A stretch of 57,505 bases of DNA, the filler included, from Sphacelaria rigidula (lineage: Eukaryota): NCBI GenBank assembly GCA_964200075.2. It is 7 parts of 7 records of this genome, joined end to end, with 100 filler letters (N's around TTAATTAATTAA, not from the genome) between each part and the next. Parts side by side here need not be neighbours in the genome. Positions count along the whole stretch, not along the records: positions 49,378 to 57,505 come from CAXNAA020012197.1; 6 more parts are not named here. The stretch is one strand, 5' to 3'. The notes beneath the pieces are model-generated. The model ran no database searches, was not told where the DNA came from, and was given only the letters and a program-made list of their open reading frames with translations. Below, one piece after another: positions 50,940 through 57,505 of this stretch (the first letter of the stretch is position 1; each line of letters opens with the position of its first letter). Position numbers and translations under genes: made by a program.

Positions 50940-53900
50940 ATGCCTTGTGCGGGAAGTGAAATGTGCCTGGTGCAGGCCACAACGCCAGAAGGCCGTCATG
51001 ATCACGGTTGCCAGGGGACATGTGGCGGGAGGCTCCACTGTATTTGCGGCAGCATGTTTGGCGACAACGGAATGCACCGCATCTGCTTCAAGCGCCTTCA
51101 AAAAAAGGGCAAGCGCACAAAGGTTTCATCCGGGGGTGCTGGATCGGGGCAGTCCAAAAGCAAACGCGCGAAAGCAGGGAGTGAAGGCGCGTCTCGCGCC
51201 CGGCTCACCATCAAGCAGAAGATGGAGGTCGTGAGGCTCCTGGACCAGCGCGTTTCTCACGAAGAGATCGCTGATCGCTTCGGGTGCGCAGCACGCACGG
51301 TTCGCAAAATCAAGGCCGAGCGGGAGAAGGTGGAGAAGGAGGCTGCCACAGCAGGCAGAGACGGCATGAAAACCGCACGCCAAGGAGACTTTCCCCAGGT
51401 GGGCTACACTGCACTGGCGGCCCTCAGCCTTCTTATTTTTTTTTCATTTTTTTGGGGGGGGCTCCGTTTTTTCGTGCTGGACAGCAGTGTATGTCTTCTA
51501 CTCGTACGTTCCTCGGGTCGCCGTACTCGTACACGTTTACTTATCTGGTACTTCGTAATTTTTTAAACAAGACAACTGGTGTTTTTTGTCTCCGTTTTTG
51601 AGGCAAAAACAAGCTGGAGTGAAAAATCTGTGACACTTTCTACAAAACAGTCCAATCTGTTCTGCTGCTTTAGGTAAAGCCGTACTCGTACACGTTTACT
51701 TATCTGGTATTTCGTAATTTTTTAAACAAGACAACCTGGTGTTTCTGTCTCCGTTTTTGAGGCAAAAACAAGCTGGAGTGAAAAATCTGTGACATTTTCC
51801 ACCAAACAGTCCAATCTGTACTGCTGCTTTAGGTAATGAATCGAAAATATTTCCAGGGCATGACATTTACACATTTACAACTACAGTAACATCCTGCACA
51901 CGCGTTTTACTCGTTGGATGAAGCACCCGCCGAGTGGAATGAATTTTAACACCCTCCTGACAAAAAATTACAGGTACGGTACTGTTCTGTAGATCAACCA
52001 AGAAGTAGGTCGGCAACTCAAGTGCAGTAGGTACACATTTCGATTTCTGTTCGGGGCACGAACAACTGTACCTCTGCGAGAGATGTGGATAATCGTTCCC
52101 GACGGCGCAGTAGTGTATTGCAACAATTTTTTTTTTCAACCGAAACACTGATTTCTCGCCGTTTGGCTCTCAACCATTTGCCATTTCTTCTCATCAGGTG
52201 GATGAAATAGCTCTGGACCTATTCGAGGAGGCCAGGAAGGCAAAGATCTCCGTCACGCGCGACGTCATCCGCAGCTTCGGCCGCTCAGCCAAGACCACCC
52301 TGCTCAACGACGCAACAACCTCTGCAGACCTCCGGGAGAAGCTCAAGGATTTCAAGGCCGGCGAGAGGTGGGCCAAGAACTTCGTGAAACGCAATGGACT
52401 CCACAGCTCGAAAATTTTTGGCGAAGCTGCCAGCGTGGACACCGAAGCCATCAAAGACAAGATCGAAGAAATTAAGGACCTTTGCGCGAAGTTCCCGGCC
52501 AGGCGCATCTTCAATGTCGACGAGACAAGCATTCATTGGAAGGTTATGCCCAGGCGCACGTACCTGTCCAGCTCTGCGAACCTGAAGACAGCGCGGGGCT
52601 CCAAGGGTATGACATTCAAGGATCGTTTGTCTGCCATCGTTTGCTGCAACGCCGATGGTACAGCAAAGGTGGACCTGGCAATCATCGGAAAGTCGAGGGA
52701 ACCCCGTTGCCTCCGCGGCGTAGAGTGCGCTCTTCCCTACTTCTCACAGGCGAATGCGTGGTCTGATACCGCGACGTTCCTCAAGTGGTGGCGGGAGGTC
52801 TTCCTAACCTTTGTTCGGCGTTTTACGCACGAACCTGTTCTGCTACTGATGGACGGCTGCTCGTCGCACGCGGAGCTGGTGGATGATCGCGGGCAGGTGA
52901 CCGTCAAGACTTACCCGCCGGGCTGCACAAGCGTACACCAGCCCATGGACCAGGGGATCATCGCCAAGTTGAAGCTAATGTACAGGAAAGAGCTACTCGA
53001 TGTGAAGGCATCGACAATGTTGGTGGCTAACACACTTCGCGCTCAGGCCAAGGAGCGCAAAATGAAGGCCGGAACAGTGGGGCTGGCGGAGGGGCACCAC
53101 CCTCACGTGCGGGACGCCGCCGAACTTCTCAAGAAAGGATGGGCTAGTGTTTCTGCCCGGGACATCGCCAGGTCAGGTTTGATCATGTCATGTTCCTGTT
53201 CGTGCCAGCATTTTGAGTGTGCAGCAATGCGCACACCTTCGTGTTCACTGTACGCTTTGTTTTTTTACTTTAGTGTTGAGAGCCGGTGATCACCACCAGA
53301 CCAACTTTTTCTTCGCTGCTGTCGGCCCTCTTTTTTTTTAACACACTTGTTTTACGTTTCCCTCCCCTCTCCGTGCCTCCTACTGCTCAGGTGTTTTGTC
53401 AAAGCCAACATGCTCCCGTTGCCGATGGAAGCTGAGCTCACCCATGCCCACGGAAAAGCGCGGGGCAGTGTCGTCGACCTCGACGTGAAGGCTCTCATGG
53501 ACGCCGTCAACACGTTAAGTACGAGCGTGCATAGCGCGCAGCAGCAGGGTTGCCACGTCCAAGACGAAGAGATCTGTGACATGTTGGCGAACCTAGACAT
53601 TACACCAGGACAGCCTGCCGACCAGGAAGCCATGAAAGCGGTTCAGGTTTGGGGAACCGTGGAGGATCAGGATGACGTGGTAGAGGCCATGCGAACGGAC
53701 GCGGCGGAGGAACTCACGGCCGTCTTGGATGGGACCGCCAATGGTAGGGACTCGGAGGAGGAGCAAGAGGAGGACGAGGAGGATGACGACGAGAGCACGG
53801 GGAGCGGGAATAGTGCCCCACCGCCCTATGGTGAACTCTCGTCTCACTTCGGCATCCTGGAGAGGGCAGCGCAGGACAGTGGGAATGCAAACGCAGCCTT

Positions 53901-53952
53901 GTACCTGTCCAAAGCAAGGATGGAGATGATTGCAGCGTATGCCAACAAGTGA
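50940..53952 (+). CDS. pogo-type transposase (HTH_psq-like + CENP-B HTH + DDE_1), exons 50940-51398, 52198-53171, 53391-53952; 664 aa
   Basis: RLTIKQKMEVVRLL...IADRFG (HTH), FKAGERWAKNFVKRNGL (CENP-B-type HTH), IFNVDET, LLLMDGCSSH and HQPMDQGII giving DD31D. GT-AG introns of phase 0 and 2 join into an uninterrupted frame. Confidence 0.93.
51520..51837. repeat. Tandem duplication (~159 bp x2) in transposase intron 1
   Basis: GCCGTACTCGTACACGTTTACTTATCTGGTA...CTGCTGCTTTAGGTAA at 51520 and 51679. Confidence 0.93.
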
Positions 53953-55026
53953 ACGCGCCAAGCAGACTTGAGAGAGTTTTTGCCGACGGAATGAGGAGGG
54001 AGATGCGTGGGCTAATGCAAGTCATAGGTGGTTTCTTTGGTGGCTGCTTTACTGATGTTGTTTTCTATCGGGTAGCCCGTAGCATCTACGCCCGAGCACA
54101 GCCACGGGAGGAGTCGTCTCTACTTTGCTGCATCGGTGTGTTTTTTTTCAAGGCCGTTCGTTTCTCTCTCTCCTTGTCTCGGTAGCAGGTAGGAAGTGAA
54201 AAGGGGTGTGGTTCACTCTTTCTCGCTCACTCCTTTTGGTGGGCAGTGTACTCTTTCGTGAGTTATTTTCCACACCAGATGCCGCACCTTCATAGTTGCG
54301 TTGGGTGCAGATATGTCCTTGTTTTTCTTGTCGGGAAGGTCTTTCGACATGAGCAGCTATTGTGGCCGTACTGCTGCTGTTGTGCTAGTAAGGAAGGAAA
54401 TGATCAACCTGTGAACATGATCAATCAATTTGAATGTGAAAACCAAAAAACATTGGGTTTAGTTCTGCTACCCCGAAACCTTACGTGACGTATTTCATCA
54501 AAACCCCTTGAAACAAAGGTCCTCGTCTGTTTTGTGCTTCCATTGGTCCCACGAAGGACAAGCGTAGCACTGTACGAACGGACGGTCGTCAGTAGTGCTG
54601 GAACCGGCACTACTGAGGTATTCAGAGCCCTCAATTGCACCTGTTTTGGCACTTTTCAGAGTAGTGCCGGTGTCCGTGGTGGACACATACCGGCACTGCT
54701 GAGAGCCCCCCACTGTATGGGGAAACAACGGTCAATCGGTCAATCGACGGTTGTGGCCATGTTCCACAATGCCAAGTACAAGACGGGAATTATCAAGAGC
54801 TCAAGAGCGTGTTAGGTGGGGTATACCGGATAACGGATACATTTTGAAAAGTCGTACTCGTAATAATCACAGCATTGGTAGTTAGCCTGTGACCACGGAG
54901 GAGCACGTCCGCATCAGATGCCCAGTGCAGAGTACTGCGCAGATATCGGAACGGTTTTTGGCCCTTTTGGAACCCATTGACGGTTTTTGTTCTTGTGAAT
55001 CGGCATCATTTTGACTTGAAAATGAA

Positions 55027-56667
55027 CACACCCTGGACAATACAAAATGTTTCTAATATATATTAGTCGATCATATTGGATTTTGCGATATATTGCCTGT
55101 GTAATATATATTGGTACCCTTAGACTGCACATGTATTGCGCGCCCAATATATATTGATGTCGTGGGACTGCATACATATTGCCCGCCAAATATATATTGG
55201 AACTATTGGGTTGAACACATATTGTCCCACCAATATATTCCGGGGCAGCGTGGGCGACAGTATATTGCACGACCAATATATATATTACGGTCGCATTGAT
55301 GAGGACATATTGACCGATCAATATATATTGGGTCTGCATGGGTGACAATGTATTGGCCGGTCAATATATATTAGATACTGTAAGTATCGTGTACGCTCTA
55401 GGAGAGATCCAGACGCAATGGATGCCGGAGCCCGTGCAGATTGGGAAAAGCTTTAGAGGGAGTCGCAGAAGTTCGCGTGCATTACTCTGGAAAGTTGTCG
55501 AATGCATTTGATATACATATATGTATACTGGTTAGAAAATATGGTGACAGAAGAGGCAACCCGGTATATGTGCCTCCTGATACCTATCTGGCCAACGGTG
55601 CAGGGCCGCCCATCCCCTTTCCAGCATGTAATATAAATATCTTGGCCAAACATCACGACGACAGAAAACGCGAGTTGATATGCGCCTTTTGGTACCCCTG
55701 TGGTCACCGGGGCTGTGTTGCTTTTACCCTGGACAATATAAGATGTTCCAATATGATATCAATACTTTGTATTGGAGCCAGCGCAAATATTGTCCTTTCA
55801 ATATATATTGTGTTGAGATGTCCTCGGAGATATTGAAGCAACAACATATATTGCTCGTGTCATGATCACGAAGTAATGTATGTCAATATATATTGGACAT
55901 GCCGTTGCTCCGAGAATAAAACATTCAATATATGTTGTCCATGCCGGCCGTGTATGTATTGAAGTGTCAATATGTATTGAGTCGAGACGATGCGTAGCAT
56001 ATTCTTACCATAATATATATTGAACGCAAACCATGCAGAAGTATTGTTTTTCCAATATATATTGCGCACGCTCATCGGATAGCTATTGTGCAGCCAATAT
56101 ATATTGAACACGCTTGCGGAGGAATACATTGAGCATTTTCGGCAAGTAAAATACGTCTTCGAGTGGCGCCCGCGAACAAAGAACTGCCCACCATACGAAT
56201 TCCAATACACTTCCCAATCTATATGTTGAAAATCAATATATTTTGCTACATAAACGTGTATTGTGACCGTCGGTTCCCTCGTGTATTGTCCGCGCAATAT
56301 ATATTGGACGCATTGACGCACGACATATTGGGGCGACAATATATATTGGCGCTTCGGGTGTCAAGTATATTGAATCGTCAATACATATTGACCTCGGGTG
56401 GCAGCAAATATATTACTCGACAAATATATATTGGTGCATTCTCGCACCAACATATTACTCGGCCAATATGTATTGAGGCGGAGCGTGTCGTGATATATTG
56501 TTCGGTGAATATATAGTGCATGTCGCGAGCATTGATATATTGATGGCACAATATATATTGACCCTCTGTCGTGTCATCATATTGCTCGCCCAATATATAT
56601 TGACCACCCGACGCGTCGATATATTTAGCGGGCAATATATATTACATATTGTGTTGTCCAGGGTGTG
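55027..56667. mobile_element. Non-autonomous CACTA/EnSpm-like element with periodic palindromic arrays
   Basis: Perfect 14-bp TIR CACACCCTGGACAA / TTGTCCAGGGTGTG. 3-bp flanks GAA at 55024-26 and 56668-70. CAATATATATTG-like palindromes every ~42 bp in two blocks. Confidence 0.75.
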
Positions 56668-57505
56668 GAATATTTTGAGCATCATGTCTCGAGATAGATA
56701 ACGAAGTGGGTGAAGGTGGGGGTATCTATCGTTTACCCGTGCTCCAGGGAATGTCCACGCCAAAGTCGTCATCATCTACTGTATACATCGTTCGGGGTTT
56801 CATATAGACCCTAGTATGGACGCTATCTCCGTATGGTATAGGAATTACTACATATGGGCTTGATTGATTGAGAAAACGTTGCCCCAGAGTTTTGGGCAGA
56901 CGTGCGCCTTCCCCTTGATTAGACGATCAATGTGATATGTGGATCACGACCCAACTCGTCCATGTCAACGATGTACTACTTTGAGAGCTCAAACCCGTTT
57001 CTAGGCTGGACCAGCCTGTACTGCAGATTTCTCGACCAGGTCAACGTAGAGAGCAATCCAAGATTGCGTTACTCGGCAAATCTAGTCCTGAATCTGTTTT
57101 TATTAACGTTTTTCTTGAGTTCCATTTTTTTCGAAAACGTCGAAAACGTCTGAGAAAAGAGTCCCGTTAATACTACAATTCTTCCTAGCGGTATCTGACG
57201 TGATTACTGGTTTTTGGCTTGAAAGGATCGCGATTTCAGGAAGCCATGGCCTGGTTTCTTATTTGCGTCGGCTGAGAGGGATTTTTCGTGAGAGTATGTA
57301 TGTGGTAGCGCAACATGGTGAGACTACTATGATGGAAGTTTTATATGCTTTTTGGACGAAAGAGTTGGCAATGAGTGCCTACCGAGACAGCGCAGTATTG
57401 ACACTTTCTACGATAGCCCCCCCCCCCCCCCCACCAGCCTATACAAGGACAAACGAGACGGGCCAGGGGGGGAAAGGGCAGGCGGGAAAAAAGGTGGGAA
57501 GGGAA

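Larger units (their letters stand above)
50890..54715 (+). mobile_element. pogo/Tigger-family DNA transposon, apparently full length
   Basis: TIRs CAGCGCGGGCTCTCAGTAGTGCCGGT and ACCGGCACTGCTGAGAGCCCCCCACTG. TA at 50888-89 and 54716-17. Extra AGTAGTGC(C/T)GG subterminal motifs at 54590-54670. Encloses the transposase gene. Confidence 0.88.

Noticed and set aside
55045..56650. CRISPR array
   Set aside because: The repeat is only ~12 bp and degenerate, linkers contain a recurring half-site, there are no cas genes, the context is eukaryotic, and TIR/TSD boundaries explain it as a transposon.
54914..56775. Ile/Tyr-rich ORFs
   Set aside because: They are translation artefacts of the AATATATATT array.

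Overview
Eukaryotic, intron-rich, repeat-rich nuclear DNA. GT-AG introns, TTAGGG repeats and the gene and TE style suggest a stramenopile, probably a brown alga (inference). The window is not one locus. It is seven contigs of 8130, 8130, 8130, 8129, 8129, 8129 and 8128 bp in decreasing size order, joined by 100-bp N spacers containing TTAATTAATTAA. Contig 1 holds a decayed tyrosine-recombinase (DIRS/Ngaro-type) retrotransposon on the minus strand plus a 160-bp tandem array. Contigs 2-4 hold three partial spliced host genes whose splice phases I checked by hand: an unknown protein, a FUSC/ALMT-like membrane transporter, and an unknown protein with a compact C-terminal domain. Contig 7 holds an apparently intact pogo-type DNA transposon (TIRs, TA TSD, spliced 664-aa DD31D transposase with a PHD-like N-terminal finger). 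It also holds a CACAC-ended, TIR-bounded element with a ~42-bp-period array of palindromic CAATATATATTG sites. Other content: non-autonomous elements (hAT-like, Tc1/mariner-type MITEs, a foldback), two tRNA-derived SINE-like heads, a modular dispersed repeat next to a decayed USP-protease-like fragment, interstitial telomeric repeats and microsatellites. No database search was run; family calls rest on motif recognition.
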